Positions 17,370 through 26,416 of a stretch of DNA of 64,000 nt are shown one piece after another. This stretch comes from Candidatus Thorarchaeota archaeon (GTDB lineage: Archaea; Asgardarchaeota; Lokiarchaeia; Sigyniarchaeales; SOKP01): contig JBHLRJ010000001.1 in NCBI GenBank assembly GCA_048882645.1, positions 22,945 through 86,944 on the forward strand, in the 5' to 3' direction. The notes under the pieces are model-generated. The model made no database searches. It was not told the DNA's origin and saw nothing but the letters and a program-made list of their open reading frames with translations. Both the position numbers and the translations under genes were made by a program. The first letter of the stretch is position 1, and the number at the start of each line of letters is the position of its first letter.

Positions 17370-19277
17370 TTAAACTAAGCTTCTAAGAACTTTTAAAGTT
17401 CGAGTAGCTTGAATGTTATTCTGAAAGATTTCTTTATATATAACTGGAAAATTAATGACCTTTTTCACTTCTTCAACTTCTAGTTTGAATTTTATTGAGG
17501 GCATCCAAAAATCTTTGTTGAAATGCTGGTATTCAATCATGACTACTGAAAGGAATTTTCCTTTTTCCTTTGGAATGATTCTTGCTTTAATTTTCCTTTT
17601 TTCATTTGCTTTAAGCTTTTTAATACTAGTAAAGCTCATTTTATTCTGAAACGCTTCTGGCATGAAGAAGTAAATCTTAATATTCTTTATATCGATAGAA
17701 TTGGGATTTTCAATATTAAGAGTTATGGTTTCTGGATTATTAACTTTTAATTTTTGATGTGAAATTTCGATATCTATAAACAGAGGATAGGGTAAAATTT
17801 CTTCATTTAGAGTAAAGCTCATATCAATTAGTTTCTGTATGTTAGGTTTAATTTCTGATATAAATTTATCTCGTTGCTCTTCTATAGATAGAATTTTCTT
17901 ATTTCTATAATCTTCAAAATTTTTCAAGATTCGGTTAATAGATTTTGTAATAAATTTATCAAATTCGGTATGTTTACCAGATATGAGAGAGATCAATTTT
18001 TTATAATATTCTGACCCAAGATTTCTAAGAAGCGGTTTTTGAAATAGATTAGTAGCGAAATTTTTAACTAGTTCCTCCATCTTGATCAAATCATCGTGTC
18101 CAATCTTGAAAGTTTCAATTAGATTTCCATTATATATTTTTTTTTGCATTAAATTATTGACAATATCAAGAGCTTCAATAGTTTCTTGGTTATAGGATTC
18201 TAAAGCTTTATTTATCATTATTCCTATCAAATCATCGAATTTTTCAGCATTCTTATTCTTTATATTAATGAATTCAGAACGATAGGAATCTAAGTATTTA
18301 ATTAGCCTCCCAGAATGTAGTTTAAGAAGATTTCTTTGATATTTTTGATATTTATCAGAAACATCTTCAATCCAATTTCTTACCCGATTCAATTTATCTA
18401 ACTTTTCTTCACATTCAAAAATGAGATTATCATCAACAGGTTCCGCTAATAACAATGGATCATCTACTCGAACTTTCTCAAGCAATAAAAAGGTGTTTCT
18501 CTCTAATTTATAAACATTTTCTATCTGAGTATATAGATTATATGAATTAACATCACTTACTTCAATTTGTGAAAGTTCTTTAAGTAATTCCTCTAAATTG
18601 CCAGAAAAGAAACTAGGATTTTTATCTAGGATGTTCCTTAATATAGCAGTAAATCTGGTCAGAATTGAATATATTCCTCTTTTTCGGTATAATTTTGACC
18701 CATTATTTTCTAGTGCGATAATATTACAATAATCTACAATATTTTGAAAATTATTTTGAGCATAACAATAAAATTTAGAACATTTTTCAAAATTAGTTGT
18801 AAGTTTGGCAAGATAAGTAAAGTATAATCCTAGTAGAGATTTATTAATAATATAGGATTGATCTCGATAATCTTGATACTTTTTCTTGACCACACCATCT
18901 ACTAGATATTTTAATAAAAATTGTTCTACGATTATCTCAAAATTTCCAGATGCTCGGATTAAAAAGAACAATTTAAGTGGATCAAAATCAATTCTATCTA
19001 ACTTAGTTATTATTAGATGCCGATATTCTTTAAATCTTGAGTTGATTTCATAAAAATAAGAGGAAATACGAAATTTTCTTCTTTCTAATTCTTTTTTATT
19101 AATAATATTCTCTTTCCTCATTGAAGATAGATGCATTATGTCTGACATATAGTATTTATAGGTGTAGAACGATTCCATATAGAAATTTCTTGCCCCACAA
19201 TAAGGACACTGAACGATTGATCCCTTTACAACGGGTAGACAACTACCACACTTCTTACATGGAAGGTGCGACATCAA
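17370..19277 (-). CDS. uncharacterised protein: N-terminal Zn-ribbon, long helical region, C-terminal beta-sandwich-like domain
   Basis: 635-aa ORF. N-terminal 'CKKCGSCLPVVKGSIVQCPYCGARNFY'. The C-terminal ~110 aa have a strand-like alternating pattern ('ITLNIENPNSIDIKNIKIYFFMP...KGKFLSVVMIEYQ'). Confidence 0.65.
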   Translation of the reverse strand: MMSHLPCKKCGSCLPVVKGSIVQCPYCGARNFYMESFYTYKYYMSDIMHLSSMRKENIINKKELERRKFRISSYFYEINSRFKEYRHLIITKLDRIDFDPLKLFFLIRASGNFEIIVEQFLLKYLVDGVVKKKYQDYRDQSYIINKSLLGLYFTYLAKLTTNFEKCSKFYCYAQNNFQNIVDYCNIIALENNGSKLYRKRGIYSILTRFTAILRNILDKNPSFFSGNLEELLKELSQIEVSDVNSYNLYTQIENVYKLERNTFLLLEKVRVDDPLLLAEPVDDNLIFECEEKLDKLNRVRNWIEDVSDKYQKYQRNLLKLHSGRLIKYLDSYRSEFINIKNKNAEKFDDLIGIMINKALESYNQETIEALDIVNNLMQKKIYNGNLIETFKIGHDDLIKMEELVKNFATNLFQKPLLRNLGSEYYKKLISLISGKHTEFDKFITKSINRILKNFEDYRNKKILSIEEQRDKFISEIKPNIQKLIDMSFTLNEEILPYPLFIDIEISHQKLKVNNPETITLNIENPNSIDIKNIKIYFFMPEAFQNKMSFTSIKKLKANEKRKIKARIIPKEKGKFLSVVMIEYQHFNKDFWMPSIKFKLEVEEVKKVINFPVIYKEIFQNNIQATRTLKVLRSLV

Positions 19278-19424
19278 ATTCAGTATCCGTCTATATTATT
19301 ATGAATTATAGAAAATTATTCTTATACCATTATAAACTTATGCCAAGTTATTAAATTTTTTTCAATTTAATGTATAATATCACAATATTTTGATTCATCA
19401 TGTGAAAACTTGCATTAGAAACAT

Positions 19425-21185
19425 CTAATGTGTAAAATAACAAAATAGATTGTTCTCTTTTAATTCGATTGGGTTAACGAATCCAAATCGCTCAAATTGT
19501 ATTGTTTTTTCCATAGGAATTTGCAATAGATTTATTTCTCCAAATCCTTTAGACAATGAGCCATCTGGCTTTAATATTGATACGTTTACTTTTTCATTAT
19601 CAGGCACCCAATGGATTATTGAAAAATCTCTATTTAGTTCTTTACTGTGAAATGAGCTTTTAATTTCTTTATTTTTTAGATCAATAGAATTTATCTGAAT
19701 ATTAATCAGATCTTTTAATCGAATAATTTGATCTCTTTTAAGGTTGTTAGCATCTTTAGAAGCGATTAATACTTCCATTTGATTGTTTTTTAAAGTACAT
19801 TCAATCCTTCTTTTTCCCCTTTTGGGATTTGTTGGAAGAAGTAAAGGTTCTGCTATATATTCATCCGTAGGAACTTCATTGATGACACAAGTAATTGGAT
19901 CTTCGACATAGAAATATCTATCAGAAAATTCATCTATTATATCCTGGTTCTTTGAGTATAGCCAATTTACAGAAAATGTGATTCCTGATTGAGACATACC
20001 CAAATCTAACAAAACTTCTCTTAAAGCTTCCGGCTTGATACCTCGCTTCTTTAAAGATTGTAAACTATTAGTGCGCGGATCGTCCCACCCCTGATAATTC
20101 CCTTTTTGAATATTATTTCGAGCATCTGTTTTACTTAATTTTAAGTTGGGAAACTTCATTCTGCCGTAATAGATGAGTTTTGCTTTTTTCCACCCAAAGT
20201 GATCCCAAACAAATTCCTCGATTATACCTTCTTTTACTAAATCAATACCCCTAATAATATGGCTCACTCCAATTAAATAATCATCAATGGCCCATGAAAA
20301 TTCGAGCATTGGCCATACAAGATACTTATTCCCAACTTTGGGATGTTCAGCTTCAGAGATTCTCATAATTATTTGATCTCTTAACGCAGGATCTTTCTGA
20401 TCCATACCAGTTTTTAATCTAATTACTACTTCTCCCTCATGATACTTGCCATTAAGCATAGCCTCCCACACATGAAAATTTTTTTCGATTGTTTGCGTTC
20501 TATGAGGGCAATTTTCACCTTTCTTTTTATATTTCTCCCGAAATTCATTGGCAGAACAAAAACATGCATACGCCATATGATCTTTAATTAACTTCTCACA
20601 ATATTCATAGAATATTTCTAATCGATCACTTTTATAAAAAATTTTAGAATAATTTACACCCAACCAGTCTAAACCTTCTTTAATTAAGTTATACGCTTCA
20701 GGAAGGACATATTTGGCTTTTGGACTGTTCCTTAAAGACTTAGGACTTCCAATTGTATCATCATAAAAAAGTATAAGTTCACCATTATATTTTTTCACGT
20801 ATTCATCATTCAACACTATCATTCGAGCATTACCAATGTGTAAAGCCCCACTAGGATAAGGTGCTAAGCGTAAAACTACCTTCTTATAATTATCTGCATC
20901 AGGTAAAGGTGGTAATTCCTTCTTTTCCTCTTTATTTCTTTTTTCTTCAAAAGCATTTGGATCTAGTTTTATTAATTCTTCTTTTTGCTCTTCGATACTC
21001 ATTTTTTCAATTTCTTTAATGACTTGCTCTAAGAGAGGATTAATTCTTTTAGCTTCTGAGCGCAGATCCTCTCTTTCAGCCATTAATTTGCCCATGACTG
21101 CTTTCTTATTTGGTTTTCCTCCAAATTCCACAGCATTTTTCAAACCATTGATCCAAAGAATTTGTTTAATTTCTTCTTCATTCAT
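19425..21185 (-). CDS. gltX: glutamyl-tRNA synthetase (archaeal/eukaryal type)
   Basis: 586-aa ORF. Class I 'APYPSGALHIGNAR' (HIGH), 'LKLSKT' (KMSKS-like), and 'WDDPR' and 'RGI' blocks are typical of archaeal GluRS. Confidence 0.9.
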   Translation of the reverse strand: MNEEEIKQILWINGLKNAVEFGGKPNKKAVMGKLMAEREDLRSEAKRINPLLEQVIKEIEKMSIEEQKEELIKLDPNAFEEKRNKEEKKELPPLPDADNYKKVVLRLAPYPSGALHIGNARMIVLNDEYVKKYNGELILFYDDTIGSPKSLRNSPKAKYVLPEAYNLIKEGLDWLGVNYSKIFYKSDRLEIFYEYCEKLIKDHMAYACFCSANEFREKYKKKGENCPHRTQTIEKNFHVWEAMLNGKYHEGEVVIRLKTGMDQKDPALRDQIIMRISEAEHPKVGNKYLVWPMLEFSWAIDDYLIGVSHIIRGIDLVKEGIIEEFVWDHFGWKKAKLIYYGRMKFPNLKLSKTDARNNIQKGNYQGWDDPRTNSLQSLKKRGIKPEALREVLLDLGMSQSGITFSVNWLYSKNQDIIDEFSDRYFYVEDPITCVINEVPTDEYIAEPLLLPTNPKRGKRRIECTLKNNQMEVLIASKDANNLKRDQIIRLKDLINIQINSIDLKNKEIKSSFHSKELNRDFSIIHWVPDNEKVNVSILKPDGSLSKGFGEINLLQIPMEKTIQFERFGFVNPIELKENNLFCYFTH

Positions 21186-21318
21186 TAATGACTCATCTAG
21201 TAGTATAGGAAGACCCCATAAAAAAATTTCATCTAAACCTTTAAGAGGGGGTATTTCTGATTTATAGAAAAAACCTATTTTTGTGAAGGAAATAGAAAAT
21301 ATTAAAGTTTAACTGAAT

Positions 21319-21328
21319 TTTATAATAA
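21319..21328 (+). promoter_or_regulatory. TATA-box-like element upstream of tRNA-Arg
   Basis: 'TTTATAATAA' is centred about 29 nt upstream of tRNA nucleotide 1. Weak in an AT-rich background. Confidence 0.3.
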
Positions 21329-21352
21329 TTACCTCTCATATATATATGCAAA

Positions 21353-21457
21353 GGCCCGGTAGTCTAGTAAATTCTAAGAGCCGTTCTTATTATATAGAAT
21401 GGATAGGGCGCTGGCTTGCGGAGCCAGATATCGAGGGTTCAAATCCCCCCCGGGCCA
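21353..21457 (+). tRNA. tRNA-Arg (anticodon GCG) interrupted by a 32-nt intron in the D-loop
   Basis: Hand-folded. Acceptor GGCCCGG/CCGGGCC; D-stem GTCT/GGGC (two G-U); D-loop AGT[intron]GGATA; anticodon arm CTGGC-TTGCGGA-GCCAG (GCG at 21418-21420); variable ATATC; T-arm GAGGG-TTCAAAT-CCCCC (one A-C mismatch); discriminator A. The insert 21369-21400 has the terminal inverted repeat ATTCTA/TAGAAT. Confidence 0.75.
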
Positions 21458-21471
21458 TTCTCACATCTTTA

Positions 21472-22239
21472 TTATATATATTTTAAAATTTCTGAGATAT
21501 TGTTAATCTTAATTAATTCAGGAAATTCAAGTTCTTTTTCATAAGGAAATTTGTAGATTCTTTCACACAGTATAGTATGCATACCTGCTCTATCCCCACC
21601 TACAATATCAGCATATTCATCTCCACACATAAGACATTCAGCATTTTCGGTAAGCTCCATTTTTTCTAATGTATAATAAAAGATTTCAGGATCAGGTTTT
21701 CTCTTCCCAAATTCAGCAGAGGTAACAACCGCATCGAAATATGCAAATAATTTATACTTTTTCAATAAATTTTCAATAGTTTTATGATTAGGGTGATTAG
21801 AGAGAACACCTAATTTTAGATCTTCATATTCAGATAATATTTTTAATGTCTTGGGTACGTTAGGAAAGGGTTTCCATTCTTCTATCTCAAAAGAATGATA
21901 AATTTCAGCTAATTTTTCATATGCAGTCACATCTAAACGATCAAGGTTTTTTATGAGATTTTCTTCATACATGGATTCCAGCACAGTTTGATATATCGTA
22001 GATGTTGGATATTCTGTTTTTGTTTTAATTCCTTTTCTGAAAAACTGTTCTCTTTGCTTTGCAAATTTCCTAATAAATTCATCCTCTGCTAAACTTTCAT
22101 TCCAAACATCAAGACTTTTTAATAACTTAATAGACTTTAGTAATCCTTTCTTAAAACATTCATAGTATTTCTCTACAGATGGATCCTCAAAATTAAATAA
22201 AGTAAAGCCGAAGTCGAATATAATTCCTTTAATCGTCAT
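21472..22239 (-). CDS. HAD-superfamily hydrolase
   Basis: 255-aa ORF. Motif I-like 'IIFDFGFTLF', 'VLSNH', 'KRKPDPEIF' and 'MCGDEYADIVGG'. Confidence 0.7.
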   Translation of the reverse strand: MTIKGIIFDFGFTLFNFEDPSVEKYYECFKKGLLKSIKLLKSLDVWNESLAEDEFIRKFAKQREQFFRKGIKTKTEYPTSTIYQTVLESMYEENLIKNLDRLDVTAYEKLAEIYHSFEIEEWKPFPNVPKTLKILSEYEDLKLGVLSNHPNHKTIENLLKKYKLFAYFDAVVTSAEFGKRKPDPEIFYYTLEKMELTENAECLMCGDEYADIVGGDRAGMHTILCERIYKFPYEKELEFPELIKINNISEILKYI

Positions 22240-22371
22240 AGTGTTAATATTATTAAAAAAACATCCTCAATTTTAATTTAACTAAATTATGTGAGAATTC
22301 TTTCATTTCTGTTAAATGTTTAATAAAAAGCGAATTATTAATATTTTCATTAAAATTTAGTGTGAAAAAAG

Positions 22372-22893
22372 ATGTCAATTGAAAAATGGCTTTCAGATAA
22401 GGATTCAAAGGAAGAAAAAATTAGAAGAGAGAAAGCTTTTAAAAACCTCAGTGAAGTTGAAGTTAAAGAACTAAAGAAAAAGAAAATTCGAGCTGTAGTT
22501 CAAAAAGCTAATCAAGAGTTAAACGAGCTTAATGAAAGGGATAATTTTTTACATAAAATTATTGAATTTAAGGAGTGGTTGATTCAAAGATCATATTTAA
22601 AAGGAGATATTGAAAAAATTGAGACATGGATTAAAAATTTATACTTCGAAATTCAACATAATTCGAATCAAAAAGAAAATTTGATTGATAGGAAAAGCCT
22701 AATTGAAGAATATAAGTCTATTCCACCAACTTTTTTGGATGAGAAAACTCGAATAGCTATAAATAAAAAGATTCGAGGAACAAAAAAAACTAATTCTGAT
22801 AATTACTATTTAAGAAAATTAAAACGAATTACACAGGAAAAGCTTATTGAATCAAAATATTATAAGATATTGGAGAAACTATTGAAATTGTAA
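22372..22893 (+). CDS. hypothetical Lys/Glu-rich helical protein
   Basis: 173-aa ORF with a charged, coiled-coil-like composition. No motif recognised. Confidence 0.45.
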   Translation: MSIEKWLSDKDSKEEKIRREKAFKNLSEVEVKELKKKKIRAVVQKANQELNELNERDNFLHKIIEFKEWLIQRSYLKGDIEKIETWIKNLYFEIQHNSNQKENLIDRKSLIEEYKSIPPTFLDEKTRIAINKKIRGTKKTNSDNYYLRKLKRITQEKLIESKYYKILEKLLKL

Positions 22894-23003
22894 AATTATA
22901 TTAAAAATATCTTGAATAAATCAAGTAAAAATCATAATATTTTTTATTTCATACAGATTTATATTTTGTATAACAAAAATTAGACATCTTTTGAAATAAT
23001 ACA

Positions 23004-24092
23004 ATGATTCTTATTTGCCCAATCGCTGGAGTGGGTAAAAGACTTCAGCCCTTCACGTATTCTAAGCCAAAAGCTTTCTTAAAGATTGCAGGAAAAAGAT
23101 TAATTGACCATATTCTTATAAAGTTAAAAGAATCTTTTCCAAAAGACACGGATATTTGTTTTATTGTTGGTTATAAGAAAAGACAAATAACAGAATATCT
23201 TAAAAAAAATCATTCAAATTATTTTAAACTCCATTATATTGAGCAAGTTCCTTTAGGATATGAAGCAGATGTACCCTTTTTTAGTGGTTTGGGTGATGCT
23301 ATTTTATTAGCTAGAAGCTATGCAAAAAATGATGATATTTTTGTATTTTTAAGTGATAGATTACCAATGGAAGACTATTCACAAATTTTATTGAATTTTC
23401 ACCAAGATATATGCGATGGTGTAATTAATGTCAAACAAGTAGATTTTCCAGAATATTATGGAGTTATTGAACTTGATGAAAATCAAGTCGTTAAAAATAT
23501 AATTGAGAAACCAAAAGAACCAAAGTCAAATTATGCCGTATCTGGAGCATATTTATTCGGAATGAGCATCGCACCACGATTATTTGAGTTGCTAGAAGAA
23601 CAAAGTAAATTTCCATTAGAAAATGGTCAAGAACATACATTAACTCCTGTAATTCAACAATTAATAGAAGAAGGATTTAAGTTAAAAATAAATCAAATGA
23701 AGAGGGAAATTTTAGATTTTGGAAGACCAGAAAGTTTATTAGCTGGAAATCGTCTATTGCTTTCTGAGGTTAAAATTCCAGATCCTACATATGAAAAATT
23801 AATCCACTCTGGTCATATAATTGATTCTAAGATAGTACCACCAGTGTTCGTAGGTAAAGAAACGAAAATTTCTGACTCTGTTATTGGTCCAAATGTTTCT
23901 ATTGGAGATAATGTTACTTTGAAAAAATGCATCATATCTAATTCTGTAATTGGTGATGGAGCAAATCTAAAAAAAATCATATCTTCCGAGAGTATTATAG
24001 GAGATTATTCCACCTTAGAAGATTTGATTAAAAAAAGTATTACTATTGGAGATTCTTCTTTTATTACTACTTCCAACACGAAATCGGTTTAA
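23004..24092 (+). CDS. sugar-1-phosphate nucleotidyltransferase with C-terminal left-handed beta-helix (hexapeptide repeats)
   Basis: 362-aa ORF. N-terminal 'CPIAGVGKRLQPFTYSKPKAFLKIAGKRLIDH' (GxGxRL...KP) and C-terminal repeats 'IGPNVSIGDNVTLKKCIISNSVIGDGANL'. Confidence 0.8.
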   Translation: MILICPIAGVGKRLQPFTYSKPKAFLKIAGKRLIDHILIKLKESFPKDTDICFIVGYKKRQITEYLKKNHSNYFKLHYIEQVPLGYEADVPFFSGLGDAILLARSYAKNDDIFVFLSDRLPMEDYSQILLNFHQDICDGVINVKQVDFPEYYGVIELDENQVVKNIIEKPKEPKSNYAVSGAYLFGMSIAPRLFELLEEQSKFPLENGQEHTLTPVIQQLIEEGFKLKINQMKREILDFGRPESLLAGNRLLLSEVKIPDPTYEKLIHSGHIIDSKIVPPVFVGKETKISDSVIGPNVSIGDNVTLKKCIISNSVIGDGANLKKIISSESIIGDYSTLEDLIKKSITIGDSSFITTSNTKSV

Positions 24093-24119
24093 AACACTCA
24101 GTTAAAAAAAAGTAGAGTA

Positions 24120-25550
24120 TTAATCAAATTGTGGTCTTCTATCTTGCCAAGGAGCAATTTCTTCAAAAGCTTGGGAAACTTGTAGTACTGTTTTTTCATC
24201 GTAACGAGGACCAACAATCTGCATTCCAATTGGTAATTCAAAATCTGACCAACCAGAGGGAATTGAGGCCGCAGGGATACCAGTTAAATTAAAGGGGTAC
24301 GTAAAATTCATCCAACTCATGATACTTAATGTTTTTTTGCCTATTGTTGGAAATACAGTCCCTGTTTCTAACCACCCTGGTTTAAAAGCAGTGCATGGTA
24401 TAGTAGGTGTAATTAATATGTCGTATTCTTCAAAATATCGATACATAGCTTCATAAAGTTGTTTTCTTTTTTCATTTGCTTTTCCAATATTCATTCCAGT
24501 ATTATCTAATCCTAATCTTATTGAACTAATTAAATTCGCAGTAAGATCTTCAGCTCTATTCTTAAAATCTTTTTGGAAATCATATGCATAACCTACTGTA
24601 ACTAAAGTTTTAAATGCGGTCTCTGGATTTTTTATTTTAATCTTAGCTTCTTCCACATTCCACCCAAATTGGTCAAAGAGTTGAACTTTGTCAAGTATAT
24701 TATCTTTAACTTCATCATCTAGAATCTTACCAAATCCCAACGTTGTAGAATATCCAATCTTCAGTCTATTTGGTTTTTCATTTAAGATTTCCAAATAATT
24801 GATTTCATCATCAGGAAAGGAATTGTTATCACTGGGATGATAGCCCTTCATAACATTTAACATTAGGGCTGCATCTTTAACATATCGTACAATTGGACCA
24901 TAATGATCCATTGACTTAAAATGTATACCGATTCGAGGGTAACTTGGAATGCGTCCAAAAGTAGTTTTCAAACCAAAAACTCCGCAACAGCTACTAGGAA
25001 CCCTTATTGAACCACCACCATCAGAACCTAGTGCTAAAGGTCCTAAACCACTTGCAACCGATGAAGCTGCGCCCCCACTAGAACCTCCAGAATTTAAATC
25101 AAGATTCCAAGGATTTTTAGTTTCTCCAAAGATTTTATTATTAGTTAGTGCGATACAGCCAAATTCAGGCGTATTTGTTTTACCAAGTATAACACATCCA
25201 GAATCTATTAACCGTTGAACAACTATATCATTTTGTTCTGGGATAAAATTTTCAAATAATTTAGATCCATGTGTTGTTAATATACCTTTTGTATCCATTA
25301 AATCTTTAATAGATGTAGGGATTCCATTTAATAAACCTAATTTCTCATTCTTTTTTACTAATTCATCCGCTTTATTTGCCATATCTCTTGCGATATCGAA
25401 AGTTGTTGTACAATAAGCGTTCAATAGAGGATTTATTTTTTCTATTCTCTCTATTATTGTTTCTGTAATTTCAATTGCAGATAACTCTTGGGTCTTTATT
25501 TTTTCTCCCATTTCATAAGCAGATAAATAACATATATCTTCTTTCTTCAT
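24120..25550 (-). CDS. amidase (amidase-signature family)
   Basis: 476-aa ORF with the AS signature 'GGSSGGAASSVASGLGPLALGSDGGGSIRVPSSCCG'. Confidence 0.85.
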   Translation of the reverse strand: MKKEDICYLSAYEMGEKIKTQELSAIEITETIIERIEKINPLLNAYCTTTFDIARDMANKADELVKKNEKLGLLNGIPTSIKDLMDTKGILTTHGSKLFENFIPEQNDIVVQRLIDSGCVILGKTNTPEFGCIALTNNKIFGETKNPWNLDLNSGGSSGGAASSVASGLGPLALGSDGGGSIRVPSSCCGVFGLKTTFGRIPSYPRIGIHFKSMDHYGPIVRYVKDAALMLNVMKGYHPSDNNSFPDDEINYLEILNEKPNRLKIGYSTTLGFGKILDDEVKDNILDKVQLFDQFGWNVEEAKIKIKNPETAFKTLVTVGYAYDFQKDFKNRAEDLTANLISSIRLGLDNTGMNIGKANEKRKQLYEAMYRYFEEYDILITPTIPCTAFKPGWLETGTVFPTIGKKTLSIMSWMNFTYPFNLTGIPAASIPSGWSDFELPIGMQIVGPRYDEKTVLQVSQAFEEIAPWQDRRPQFD

Positions 25551-25666
25551 TTTCTCTAAACATTTTAATTTGTGTTAAAATTTATTGAGAAGTGAATAAA
25601 TATAAATCTTGCCTTGTATGTGATATATCACTATATTCTAAGTATAAATAAAACAGTACTCTTGTC

Positions 25667-26416
25667 ATGCGAGGAGTTTTTTTCGATCTTTTTGGTACAT
25701 TAATGATATACACTGATAGTCGGAAAGCCTGGGAAGATTGGCTGTCAGTATTGTATAAAAATTTCAAAAAAATTGGCTTGAGTGAACCTAAGGAAACTTT
25801 TGCTATTAAATGTAATGGGTTTATGAATAAACCTGAACCAAATTTTAAAAATCTGAATCTAACAATTTTTGAACAAAGGCTTTATGCTTTTACTATTGAA
25901 TTAAAATTAAAATTAAGGCACGAAGAAATAAAGAGAATTGCTATTGAAGCTATAAATGCTTGGCAAAAGTATGTACCATTAGATCCAGACGTAATTCCTG
26001 TATTAGAATATTTGAAAAGAAGTAAAACAATTGCGTTAGTATCTAACTTTGATCATCCTCCATATATCTATTCATTATTATCAGATTTGAGAATTAAGCA
26101 TTTTTTTGATTCGATTATAATCTCAAGTGAAGTTGGAGTCAAAAAACCAGATCCTTTAATTTTTAAATTCGCTCTAGAACAAACTAACTTAAGACCCAGT
26201 GAAGTATGTTATGTAGGTGATACTGAGGAAGATATGATAGCTGCTGCTAAGGCGAAGATATATCCTATTTTAATTCACCGTAAAATACGCACAGCTGGGG
26301 AATTAATTTATGATTTTCAAACAGAAGAAGCCCCATATAATCAAAAAAGTCAGGAACTAGAGATAAATTATGGAATAAAAATAGAGCGTTTAAAAGATTT
26401 AATTAATAGATTTTAG
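25667..26416 (+). CDS. HAD-superfamily hydrolase
   Basis: 249-aa ORF. 'VFFDLFGTL', 'LVSNFD', 'VKKPDPLIF' and 'YVGDTEEDMIAA'. Its 3' end overlaps the convergent ALDH gene by 4 nt. Confidence 0.7.
   Translation: MRGVFFDLFGTLMIYTDSRKAWEDWLSVLYKNFKKIGLSEPKETFAIKCNGFMNKPEPNFKNLNLTIFEQRLYAFTIELKLKLRHEEIKRIAIEAINAWQKYVPLDPDVIPVLEYLKRSKTIALVSNFDHPPYIYSLLSDLRIKHFFDSIIISSEVGVKKPDPLIFKFALEQTNLRPSEVCYVGDTEEDMIAAAKAKIYPILIHRKIRTAGELIYDFQTEEAPYNQKSQELEINYGIKIERLKDLINRF

Noticed and set aside
24120-25550. Calling the amidase GatA (Glu-tRNA-Gln amidotransferase subunit A).
   Set aside because: It has the amidase signature, but no gatB/gatC (or gatD/gatE) genes are adjacent and the family is large. Sequence alone by eye cannot separate GatA from other amidases.
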